From Folioceros fuciformis (Eukaryota), in contig JBNGIO010006148.1 of the NCBI GenBank assembly GCA_049999805.1, positions 167,553-188,942 on the forward strand: DNA of 21,390 bases, in the 5' to 3' direction. Both the position numbers and the translations under genes were made by a program. The notes beneath the pieces are model-generated. The model was not told where the DNA came from and did not search any database. It was given only the letters and a program-made list of their open reading frames with translations. Shown one piece after another: positions 1 through 9,604 of this stretch. Positions within the stretch are counted from its first letter, which is position 1; each line of letters begins with the position of its first letter.

Positions 1-215
1 TAAGGGAATGATGCCTTCCCACTGTCTGGACGTGATGTAGGATTAGAATGTATGTGATTGGGACTGTGGACTATCGTAGGTGAACGATAAATATAGCTAG
101 GGTAGTTAACCATTGGGATTGAAGGGAGCTATTCCGGGGAAGCCTACAATGACTGTGGGATTGATGTGGCCACAATACCTATGGTTGGTGTTTGGTTAGG
201 GTACCGTACCCACTC
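1..215. repeat. Dispersed repeat homologous to 11242-11450 (probably internal part of a decayed retroelement)
   Basis: Exact 38-bp match ggggaagcctacaatgactgtgggattgatgtggccac at 136-173 and 11367-11404. Also shared gtaggtgaacgataaa and ggaatgatg.cttcc blocks in the same order. Confidence 0.8.
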
Positions 216-296
216 ACCCACAAGGATATATGTATAAGCCTAAGCCTAGGCATTCTCAGGGTGGGGGAAACTCATTTCTCAAAGAGGAGATTGAGT

Positions 297-975
297 TGTG
301 AGCCTTGTGTGAAGAGAGCTTGGAGAGTAGGCTTGGCAAGAGTTACAACTCCCTTGAATCTAACCTTTTCACTCCACAAAAGGTAACACACAATTTTGTA
401 GACTTTTGCAACTATCAATACCCTTGAAAGTCATAGCAAAATACTAGGGTTCAAGGTACATCCAAAAGGCTTACACAACAAAGTCTCTCATAACTCATAG
501 ACCACCTTATTCAAGTATTACTCTTCATTCTAAAGACTTACACAACAAAGCAGGTAGCAATCTACACTGAATTAGGTATTGCCCTTAACTTGTGACAAGA
601 TTGATCTCATAACGCTTGACAAGTTTCACTTATTCACTCCTCATGGAGAAGGTTCTTTGAGGCCAATACTACCACCTTGTTTACTCGCACGACTTTCGAT
701 GAAAAGATGTTGCTTGAATTGTCCTTTGAAGAAGATAGCAAACAAGGAGCATCTACGCATTGATTTGTAGCTTCTCTGAGACGCTCTAACCAACCCTTGG
801 ATTCCTCCACACATCCTCACCAAAAACTATAGCTCTATGTCTTGTGTCATTTTTAAGAAATTTGTGCATGTGCACATATACAAGCCAAAATGGCTTGCCC
901 ATTGCCTCTTTTGAGGACTCACTCACTCATTAGCCTTGGTTCATTTACTAGGTGAGAGGGAGACCTTTGATCACA
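297..975 (+). mobile_element. Possible 3' LTR of an old LTR retrotransposon
   Basis: Ends TGTGAGC...GATCACA (6/7 inverted match). Preceded by purine-rich aaagaggaga (PPT-like). TATA-like tatacaag near 876. No partner LTR in the window. Confidence 0.3.
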
Positions 976-1060
976 TAGAGTGCTAATGTGTGAATTGTGG
1001 ACATAGTCCACTTTTGAAGCTACAAGCACAGGATGGGTGTGGCCACAAACGCTTACCCAA

Positions 1061-1181
1061 CATCAAAATTACCAGTTATCAAAATTTCTAGTCCCAAGAT
1101 CTTGCCATAGCACTATCAATTTTCCAATACACCATTAAGTTATCAAAAATTAACCTTGTTTTTTGAAAAACTATCAAAATT
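1061..1181. repeat. Cluster of five short TATCAAAATT-like motifs
   Basis: Copies near 1061, 1077, 1113, 1141 and 1171 in AT-rich DNA. Confidence 0.55.
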
Positions 1182-1275
1182 ATATTTTCTTTAACTCAAA
1201 AAGTAGAGTTTGTCTCCACTTCATAAGAGACCTTATTACAAACGAATCTAGAAAGATACTCTTAGTTCCTATTGT

Positions 1276-1499
1276 TTTCTATAATGAAGAACATAAAGTT
1301 AGAATCAGGGATTGCCTATTGTAGTAAATATTTACTCAAGCCACATACCTACCATGCATCACACCATGGAAATTGGGTTTGTTGATGTTTATATAGTGAA
1401 GAACATAAAGTTAGAATCAAGGATTGCCTACTGTAGTAAATATTTACTCAAGCCACTTACGCACCATGCATCACACCATGGGAATTGGGTTTGTTGATG
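1276..1499. repeat. Tandem duplication, 2 x 112 bp
   Basis: tgaagaacataaagttagaatc...ttgggtttgttgatg starts at 1285 and again at 1397, with few mismatches. Confidence 0.92.
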
Positions 1500-1620
1500 A
1501 TTCACTTCATGGATCATCAACGGGTGAATTATAATGATGCCATGAAACTTAATTTGGAGATGGCTGGCATGCTGAAAGTGCAACTCATGAAAGCATGAAA
1601 GCTTTTACTTTGCCAAGGAC

Positions 1621-1879
1621 ATCTCAAAACTCATCCTACTCATTGCGAAAAAGAAGACTTGCAAGTACAGGCCCATGCAGTAGGGTCATTTGTTCATCCC
1701 TTTGCTATTGAAAGCATGGGGCCATGGGTAAGGATTTTTCCCGGTTTTTGAAGACATGCGCGAAGGCCCATCACATTAGCAGGAGTAGAGTAGGGCTTTC
1801 CCTATTCGGCATGGTGGCATTTTTCCGGCAATGGGTTTTGATTGCGCTACAAAAGGCCTCGACAAACATGATTTTTTAG
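1621..1879 (+). pseudogene. Decayed restriction-like endonuclease (RLE) C-terminus of a CRE-type non-LTR retrotransposon
   Basis: With one stop and two -1 frameshifts (~1700, ~1717) it reads IAKKKTCKYRPMQ*GHLFIP/FAIES/GAMGKDFSRFLKTCAK...AFFRQWVLIALQKASTNMI. This fits the pattern K..KY...F.PFA.E..G...F....RQR.S.ALQ. Confidence 0.6.
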
Positions 1880-2697
1880 ACAACATCATGCACGGTGGAT
1901 GTGGCTTCAACGGCCCTGGTGGTAAGTTGGCCATACATTATACTTGAATGTGACATCTAGGGGGCGATAGAAGTTACAGGATAGGCGGACAAGGGGGTTA
2001 GGCCCCATTCTTGGCTTTTCTCATTATGGGTTGTTCCCTTGTGACAGGGTAGATGAACTTCCATCTATTTTTTTTCTATAAAGTCACCTGAAGTCCTCCT
2101 CCTTGGAAGAGGACGAACATTTTGTGGACGCCTCCTCAATTTCTTGACCTGCCGAATCTCAAATAACCATGGGCCTCCAGAGACGAGGAGCTGTTGGCTC
2201 AATCAAAGCTCTAATTAGCTGCTAGGCCTAAATATCGATTTGCCAGGGTACGACCTGGTGAACCGATATGCTATGCCATGAGCATGGCCTTCCTCTCCCC
2301 TGCCCCTCTCTCTCCTATCCGTGCCAACTCGCGACCGGGCTACCGAGGGCAAGGGGAACTAATTCAAGTTCCCGTCGTCCCGAATATCGCGGCGATACTC
2401 TTCCACGATACAAAGTCGAACTCGTCGGCATGCACAACATTCAGGCATGCGCAGCTGGGACGCACTGAGGCAAGCGTGGAGGAGGATCACCAAGACGAGC
2501 GGAGAGGACGATCACCAACATTGAGTTTTGATTAATTGCAGCATTGGTCAAAACATTTGAAGGGAGATATTACTGGCACCTACATCGCACCTACACCTAC
2601 ACTAGTTTTCTTTGTCTACTAATAACTTCCAAGTCACTCTCTTCTTCTTTTTCTTCGGTGGTGAGAAGAATGGCTTAGTCTTGACGATGTTGTTGTC

Positions 2698-2984
2698 TGA
2701 AGGATCGCTAGAGTAGCCACATGGTGAAAGAGGAGAGGAGGAGGCAAGGAGGAGAGGAGAAAGAGAGGTCACACTCTCACTATCTCAATAGCAAGGGAGC
2801 TCAAGGGGGTATTTATACCCTTTAGAAGAGCTCCCAAGGAAGGTTCACAAGAAGCGCACAGGAAGCTGGGCAAGAAGCTTCATACAGATTAGCTTAAGCT
2901 AATCTGTAGTAATGATACTTAACTAGACACTAATCTTAGACTAAACACATTAGTCTAAGCACATTGGGCTTTAATAACCCTACA
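2698..2984 (-). repeat. 3' LTR (287 bp)
   Basis: Minus strand reads TGTAGGG...GATCCTTCA directly after the PPT. Direct repeat of 3199-3485. Confidence 0.95.
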
Positions 2985-2998
2985 ACCTCCCACTTAAA
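2985..2998 (-). promoter_or_regulatory. Polypurine tract
   Basis: tttaagtgggaggt abuts the TG of the 3' LTR. Confidence 0.8.
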
Positions 2999-3026
2999 GG
3001 CCAATTTACCTTCATAGGAGAGTAGT

Positions 3027-3184
3027 CTACCTCATGCCCATGAGTGTTCGAGCTTGTGCGAATTGCTCTATAGAGAGCCCCTTGGTAAGAACATCTGCAG
3101 GGTTCTGACTGGTGTGAACTTTGACAAGCTGTACCCTCTTGTCTTCCAACACCTCTCGAATGAAGTGATACTTCACTTCCACAT
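3027..3184 (-). pseudogene. Copia RNase H C-terminal remnant
   Basis: HVEVKYHFIREVLEDKRVQLVKVHTSQNPADVLTKGL matches the Copia KHI.++YHF+RE...N.AD+.TK.L motif. Confidence 0.92.
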
Positions 3185-3196
3185 GCTCTGATACCA
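3185..3196 (-). promoter_or_regulatory. Primer binding site (tRNA-iMet)
   Basis: TGGTATCAGAGC, 2 nt after the CA end of the 5' LTR. Confidence 0.95.
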
Positions 3197-3198
3197 CT

Positions 3199-3485
3199 TG
3201 AAGGATCGCTAGAGGAGCCACATGGTGAAGGAGGAGAGGAGAAAGAGAGGTCACACTCGAAGTGTCTCAATAGCAAGAGAGCTCAAGGGTTGTATTTATA
3301 CCCTCTAGAAGAGCTCCCAAGGAAGCTTCACAAGAAGCGCACAGGAAGCTGCGCAAGAAGCTTTCTACAGATTAGCTTAAGCTAATCTGTTAGCTTAAGC
3401 TAATCTGTAGTAATAATACTTAACTAGACACTAATCTTAGACTAAACACATTAGTCTAAGCACATTGGGCTTTAATAACCCTACA
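3199..3485 (-). repeat. 5' LTR (287 bp)
   Basis: TGTAGGG...CCTTCA followed by the PBS. Contains TATAAAT on the minus strand near 3294-3300. Confidence 0.95.
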
Positions 3486-3844
3486 TTGTGTCCCTTGTTG
3501 GTGGTGAATGCTTGAGAGGTTGCCGTGCTGCAAGCATTTCTTGCTCATATGCAATCAAACGCTGGATATCCATGAGTGTATGTTTCACCAAAAGTGCTAC
3601 ATCCCCCACGACTTCCTTATTCTTTTGCATCAAATTCACAATAGCATTGCAATCTTGTTCCAGGAAGCGAATATGATCTTCTGTTTCACTTTCATTACAT
3701 AAGACACCCTCCATAGCGGGTTGCAGGTTGCACGAAATGCTTTCCATCAACTGTTCTCTATTATCACATAAAGCAAGAGTCTCTTAAGAAAGTCGCTCTT
3801 AAACCCGTCTCATCCAAGACGTATGCGCTGCAGTTCGCTGCTTC

Positions 3845-3850
3845 TTTATA
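3845..3850 (-). promoter_or_regulatory. Possible TATA box for the ORF starting at 3747
   Basis: TATAAA about 100 bp upstream of the ATG. Confidence 0.25.
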
Positions 3851-4234
3851 AAGAGAGGAAAAGGAACGGCCCGTAAAACGAATGTGAAATACTTATTAAG
3901 ACGTAATCGATCCCAATTACTTCTCCAAAGATGAGCCTTACGTCGCCTGCTTTGTTCGCTTTGCCTCCTCACCGCGTTGTTTCTTGTTTCTCAAAGCGGG
4001 GGAGGCGTTCGCCGTGACAACCAACCTGTACTTGGACAACTCTGCTCGATCCCGCGGCCCCGCCTAGGCGAGCAGCCCCGACCTCGTGGGGACCTCGGGA
4101 CCTGCGGCCTTGCTCGAGCCCGTCGCTGGGCTTGTGGGTCGCTGCCCGGGCTCGCTGCCGGAGCCTGCAACCTCCGACCCAACTATGAGATCTGAGTCCA
4201 TCACATTTTGCGCGGTCTGAAGTTTCAAAGGTTG

Positions 4235-6361
4235 TCAATGGCAACCGCTTGCCACAGGATGTTGCGAGCAATTGACGACCTTTGAGGGATTCACCGCTCG
4301 AGAAATCTGATGGACACAGATCGCGTTGCTGGCCATGATCATAGACTCGTTCAGTCTGGGCAAAAATCTCCAGGTTACGTTCGTCAGAATGGCTCCCCGT
4401 GAAAAGAGGCCACGCTGAGCTCCATGACCTCCAGGTAGTTGGTTCGGACGTTGTAGGTTCCTAGGGCCCTGGCTTTTTATGAGCACAAAAAACCTCTGGA
4501 GGTGCCCACCCATTTCCACTTGTTTCCACGGCTTGGCTGGGCGCTGGTGTACGTACTTTCTCAAGGAGACAGTATGTATGAGAATCCCTGCTTTGCAACT
4601 GCTTTCTGACACGTTCGCGTGCACTGATCCGGTGCAGGCTGCTTATTTGGGACAACTGCGTGAATGTCTCCAACTCTCAGCAGGTACGAAGAGCTGGTTC
4701 TGGGTTTCCTTGACTCGTATGGTGCTGAGTTAGAGTCTTTCCACTCGGATGCAACCTCCATCAGGGACATGAGCGTTGTCGTATTGCCATGAAGTATTAC
4801 CCCCTTTGCCCACAAGGGATAAGCCCTAGCGCAGCCATACGCCACGACTCACATGTATATATGTACCAGCAACGCGTTGCCCTGGTCTGCCGCTGACCTA
4901 GCCGCTGCAGCCCGATAGATTCTACACAGATACAGACTTGACCGGCCTTCAAGATTATCCTTTCCTGAAACTCCACATTTGGGCGTTGGGCGGTGGGCGG
5001 GCGCTAGAAAGCAGGAGGCTCATGAAAGTGCCCGTGCTGGTCCCAGCGGCAAGGCAGGTCCTCCTCAGCACTCGCACGTGGTATACAGCACTGAACAGCG
5101 CAAGGTTCTGTCTACAGCCACTCGGCTTGCCATTTCAGATACAGCACAGCTCTGAGATGTGACTGTTCATGCCCCCGCTCGAGTGCGTAATTAATTGTTT
5201 TCTTATGGCGGAGCCGGAGCCCGGACCTTGGACCCATCCTCTCTCCGTGATTGATTCCTTCTCACAAGTAGCAACCTGGGAACCACATCCGGGTGTGGAC
5301 TCGCATTTCCAGCTCTAGCGATGTTCTCACCATTCCTCACCTCAAAGACCAGACTGGAAATGGCTGAAATTCTGGACGTCAAGGAGTGGGATCCCTGGGA
5401 ACCCCTCGAAGATATGTCCATGGAGTTATCCCAGTTTGCATGGAAGAGTCCGGGAAAGCCGGGCACCACGAGGTACGTACCCCCAGTTGCGTCTAGCTGC
5501 AGCCTGGGAGAGCCGCTTCCGAGTTGCAGCGTTGTCACGCTGAGGGCTTGGAATGTCCGTCGCATTCATGGCGATGCCGTCCAGGGGCAGAACAGTTGAA
5601 AAAGGCTGTTCCTTTCCCTGCTCCCTCCTAGCCCGGCTAATCGGCCCGCAACGAGTAACGGTGCCCACCTGCAGCTCCATCGATTTGCTTCTACTGTATT
5701 ATTTATGTTTCCGTTCTTTGGAGTTGGCATTCGATCATGAGTGGCAGGGTGGTTTGTGAAGCTTTGGCATGAACATTGCACGAGACAAAGACTCAATTTC
5801 GATTGCGTTATAAAGCTGGCAACACGACCTAATGAAGAGATTGAGAGAACTCTGCAATTTTCGATCAAAGTCGCCATGATTCAGTGCGCACATTGTAAGT
5901 TTCAACATCCATCGATGCCCCTGGCACAGCAGGCTTGCAAGGGGCTTATTTCCATGATGTGAAAGCAGATGCAATTTCCAAAATCCTTCATGAAGAGGCT
6001 TAGGTTGCAGCCTGGAATCGATTGCTGTGGAAGTAGGTGCAATGACCAAACGCCTTCGTGAAGAGGCTTAGGTTGCAGCCTGGAATCCATTGTTGTGAAA
6101 GTAGGTGTAATGTCCAAAACCTTCATGAAGAGGCTTAGGTTGCAGCCGGGAAGCCATTGCCTCCTACACAGCGGTTCCTTAAAAAGTCCGCGACTCTATC
6201 AGTATGCACTGCCAGTCATTGTAATATGGCATCCCGGATGCTCATTCGCACTGAAGTAACTACGCTTGCAAGCCTCCTTCGGATCCGCCAAGACCGAGTC
6301 TGTTCTAAATAGGAGCTGCCGCAAGCTTGCTTGACAAATTTCTCTTCAATTTCGCTCTCCT
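4235..6361 (-). pseudogene. Degenerate coding segments of an unidentified family (copy 1)
   Basis: EEKFVK and SYFSANEHPGCHI match DENFVK and SYSRSNGHSGCHI at ~16350-16460, with third-position changes. AGILIHTV...VEMGG weakly resembles TGLVIQYI...VELGG at ~15120-15210. Many stops and frameshifts. Confidence 0.45.
5951..6160. repeat. Tandem repeat, ~3 x 68 bp
   Basis: ccaaa..ccttcatgaagaggcttaggttgcagcc at 5978, 6046 and 6114. Confidence 0.93.
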
Positions 6362-7166
6362 TCAAGTGATCTCCACAATATCGTCATGCGGTTTTGGGCC
6401 AATGGATGTCTGTAACGAAACAGGAGAAACATGGTAAGTTATGAAGTTTAAGTGCTGAAGACATGAAATTTGTACACAATCCCATGGTTCAATAAACGTT
6501 ACTGCACAACAAAGAGTTCAGAGCTGCTGCAAGGCTGAGAAAATCTGAGGAAAATTCTTGGTCGCCCTTGTTCTTAAATCACAAACGGGAAATAGAACAC
6601 TTCCTGGAACAGCTGACCTCGAAGATCCTCAGCTGTGTATAGCTGAGGATATCGATGTAGCAATGTAATTAGCAGCAGCAGGAGGTTACCGACAGGTCCG
6701 ATGTTACGTACAGCTCCAGCGGACCAGAGCAAGTCCCTACTGCTGAAGAGTTGGTCACAGGGCCGTCAGATCCAGGGTATGCTGCTGCATGGGCACTTTG
6801 TTGGAGGTCACCGTAAGCCTGGTGGCTTACTAGGTTTCCCTCTCCAGTAACCTCAACAGCTTGCACGCGTTCTTGGGCAAGACGGAGTTCACGAAATCTC
6901 TGAAGAATGCTGTCATAGCCTTCGACGTCCTCCCGGAGGCCTGTAAATAAGGCGCCCGTGGTCGCACTGGAGCCGGCACTGGTTTCCTCATCAGGATCCA
7001 GGATGAAGAAATCGTTTACTGCAAGAGTGGTTGGTGAGGGGAGCAGTGGGGACGAGTACCGCGGCCGCATGTCAACAGGAACGCCGTCGATTTCAAGGAT
7101 CATTGCCCCTGTGGGCAGCTCAATTACAGGTAGGCCCCGGTCAGAAAACCAGCATACCCCTGCCAT
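6362..7166 (-). CDS. Hypothetical protein, about 174 aa if spliced (exons 7166-6690 and 6409-6362); 5'UTR intron 7340-7173
   Basis: Donor CAAG|GTATGC at 7340, branch CTGAC ~7205, acceptor TTTGCAG at 7173, ATG 6 nt later. Open for 165 codons. Splicing TCG|GTAACC (6689) to TTACAG| (6410) lands in the conserved PHDD frame. Confidence 0.45.
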
Positions 7167-7625
7167 CGTTCTCTGCAAAGGCTTGTAAAACAGAATCATA
7201 ATGTCAGCAAGCAAGAGCAATGAAGTCGGAGCATGGATTTTTAGCTATGGTCCCAGCATCACCAAAAGTATGTGACCCACCAGTAGACAAAAGATGCACT
7301 GCTAGGTAAACCAAGTTTAGAGCTGGCAAGTTAAGCATACCTTGAGGAAGAGGTAAGAGTCCCAGCTACGGTTCCACTAGTGGCCAAACACGTGAGCATG
7401 CCCTCTCGCCTTGGACAGGCTTAAGCCAAAGCTAGGGCCGGCTAGGTCGGAAACTAGGAGGTGGTGAAAGGGCTGCTTGTCGCTTGGTGCTAGATATCGT
7501 GAAGAGGAATGGAAGATGGTGAGAGCTTTGGTGCACTGCGCCGAGATCTCAACAACCTTGAGAGCTCGAGGAGGGAATATGGTAGGTGCCTCCTACTTCG
7601 CCCCGAGGGCCGAAACTCCCCAACC

Positions 7626-7712
7626 ATGAGGGCCCTGTCAACAATTGTAAAACTTAATCCCACTTAAAACTTAATGAGAGCCCTTGCAACAATGTGCAAA
7701 ACTTCATTCCAC
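7626..7712. repeat. Imperfect 48-bp-period duplication
   Basis: atgagggccctgtcaacaattgtaaaacttaatcccac versus atgagagcccttgcaacaatgtgcaaaacttcattccac. Confidence 0.65.
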
Positions 7713-7746
7713 ACGGCACCGCTCCCACTTCACAAATATCTATCGC

Positions 7747-8130
7747 AGGCCCTTCCTCGTGCGGCAGCGAGGCCCTTTCTCCGTTCGGCTGCGAGGCCCT
7801 TTCTCCGTTCGGCGGCCAGGCCCTTCCTCTGGATCCGATGGGCTAGCGGCCGAGCCGGAGCGGCCTTCTTCCTGCCCGGGAGGCCTCGCGGGCCTCTTTC
7901 CAGCCTGGGAGGCCGGGGCCTCCCGCATCGCGTCCTCGGGAGGCCAGGGGGCCTTAAGGCGGGAAGCTGGGGGAGGGGCGACGGAGGGGGCTCGCGGCCT
8001 CCCGCATCGTGGAGCCCGTGGGGTCTTGTCTGCTGTCCGTCTCGTGCCTCCCCGGCCTCGCGGAATGCTGGAGGGCGGGGATGTGGAAAGGCCTCCCGCC
8101 TCGTGGTCCCGCGGGGCTCTTGTCTGCTGT
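7747..8130. other. GC/CpG-rich island beginning with ~3.5 x 24-bp repeats (7747-7830)
   Basis: aggccctttctccgttcggc units. ggcctccc/gggaggcc motifs recur on both strands. Confidence 0.75.
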
Positions 8131-8176
8131 GTGGTCTTTGGTCGTTTAGAGGTGTCTTGCTTGTCTGAGCTTGCCT

Positions 8177-8522
8177 TGTCGAAGCAGTTGCGAGCTTTGC
8201 TCTAATGCAAAACTTTTGGTCCGCCACCACTGTTCGAAGCACTTGCGAGCTTTGCTCTATTGCAAAATTTTGGTCCGTCACCACTGTTCGAAGCAGTTGC
8301 CAGCTTTGCTCGAACTCTTTGGTGCGCCGCCAAAGTTCAAAGCAGTTGCGAGCTTTGCTGTAATGCTTTGGTGCGCCGCCAAGGCTCGAATCTGTTGGGA
8401 GCTTTACTCCAATGCTTTGGTGCGCCGCCAATGTCCGAAGTAGTTGCGAGCTTTCCTCTAATGCTTGGGTGCACGGCCAATGTTCGAAACAGTTGCGAGC
8501 TTTGCTCCAATGCTTTGGTGTG
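8177..8522. repeat. Minisatellite, 7 units (2 x 54 bp, then 49 bp)
   Basis: tgttcgaagcagttgcgagctttgctc...ttggtgcgccgccaa units at 8177, 8231, 8285, 8334, 8383, 8432 and 8481. Confidence 0.93.
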
Positions 8523-9205
8523 ACAAGGGCCTGCGGAGGTTGGAGGAGGGTAAAGGAAATTAAGTTTGAAGGCGGGTTGTAGCTTGTTCTTGCAAGCAGG
8601 GGGAGGACAAAGGGATTCTGCTCTGAGTAAGAGTGGTAGGACTGTACTTGGCCGTCGGGTCTGCTCCTCTCGGATTTTGAGATTGTTGGAGGCCAGACGA
8701 TGGAGTGTGTCTACTTATGGCTGCTGTCAAGTTGGCTGGTAAACAGGGTTTTGCCTAAAAACCTGAAAAATTCCCAGTGCCATATTGGGAAAACAAAAAG
8801 CTGAACATGTATATACATACAAAATGCACAAAATATATTTTTTGATAATAGAATATATATATTTTTAGGAAGAAAATACTGTAGTAATATAACATCATCT
8901 AGCATGCTCCCCTCCATTTCTTGCACAAATTAAAAGTCTTTGTTTTTTGCAAAGTATGAAATATCCATACAGTCACTCCATCTTTTAGAGAAAGTTATGC
9001 ATGGCGAAGTATGGTCCAAACTTTTGGACATTATAAATCTGCCCCCTTCGATCATAGGGCACCATCTAGGTGTCCCGATGGCGGCAATCCTACAGTTGTC
9101 ATAACATTTTCGCCGTCATATGTTTGGGTCAGCAACTCACACTGTACACTCACCTTTTTTTGTAAGGGTTTGCAGTTCAACATCCATCTTGGAGATGCCA
9201 AGTTG

Positions 9206-9604
9206 GCCTACATGCACACCCCTAAGGACCTTGCAACATTCAGCCTATATGCACACTCCTAAGGATCTCGCAGCATTCAGCTTATATGCACACTCCTAAG
9301 CATCTCGCAGCGTTGAGCCTATATGCACACCCCTAAGGATCTCGTAGCTCTCAACCTATATGCACACTGCTAAGATCCTCACAGCGGTTAACCTATATGC
9401 CCACCCCTAAGGACCTCATAGTGTTCAACCTATATGCACACCCCTAAGGACCTCATGACGTTCAACCTATATGCACACTACTAAAGACCTCACAATGTTC
9501 ATCCTTGTGTGCACACGTCTCTCTCCCATATGTACATCCCTAAAGACCTTGCAACATTCAGCCTTGTGTGCACACCTCTCTCGCCTATATGCACACCCCT
9601 AAGC
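9206..9604. repeat. Minisatellite, 8 x 37 bp plus degenerate units
   Basis: cctatatgcacacccctaagga...ttca at 9206, 9243, 9280, 9317, 9354, 9391, 9428 and 9465. Confidence 0.95.

Larger units (their letters stand above)
2698..3485 (-). mobile_element. Complete non-autonomous miniature Ty1/Copia-derived LTR retrotransposon (TRIM-like), 788 bp
   Basis: Two 287-bp TG...CA LTRs, a PBS, a PPT and a 214-bp interior. Flanks ttgtc (2693-2697) and ttgtg (3486-3490) form an imperfect 5-bp TSD. Confidence 0.93.
2602..3747 (-). pseudogene. Small unknown ORF (~105-116 aa) interrupted by the 2698-3485 LTR element
   Basis: ATG at 3747, then 86 helical-looking codons (MESISCNL...PPTRD) run into the LTR. The sequence beyond the element supplies a basic C-terminus. 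Confidence 0.45.

Noticed and set aside
2268..2535. Short GC-richer ORFs
   Set aside because: No frame gives a recognisable product.
6383..6388. TGA conserved in both paralogs, suggesting readthrough or selenocysteine
   Set aside because: Synonymous changes support the PHDD frame, in which this TGA is out of frame.
8177..8522. CRISPR array, or Tc1-like TIR (acagtggtggcggaccaaaagttttgc on minus)
   Set aside because: No unique spacers, no TA flank and no inverted partner.
7674..8523. Overlapping 60-233 aa ORFs on both strands
   Set aside because: Explained by GC-rich and tandem-repeat DNA.
9013..9035. gtccaaacttttggacattata resembling a decayed Tc1/mariner end
   Set aside because: No matching opposite TIR or transposase.
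9206..9604. CRISPR-like look (conserved ~21 bp plus variable ~16 bp)
   Set aside because: The variable parts are short and related to each other, there are no cas genes, and the context is eukaryotic. It is a minisatellite.
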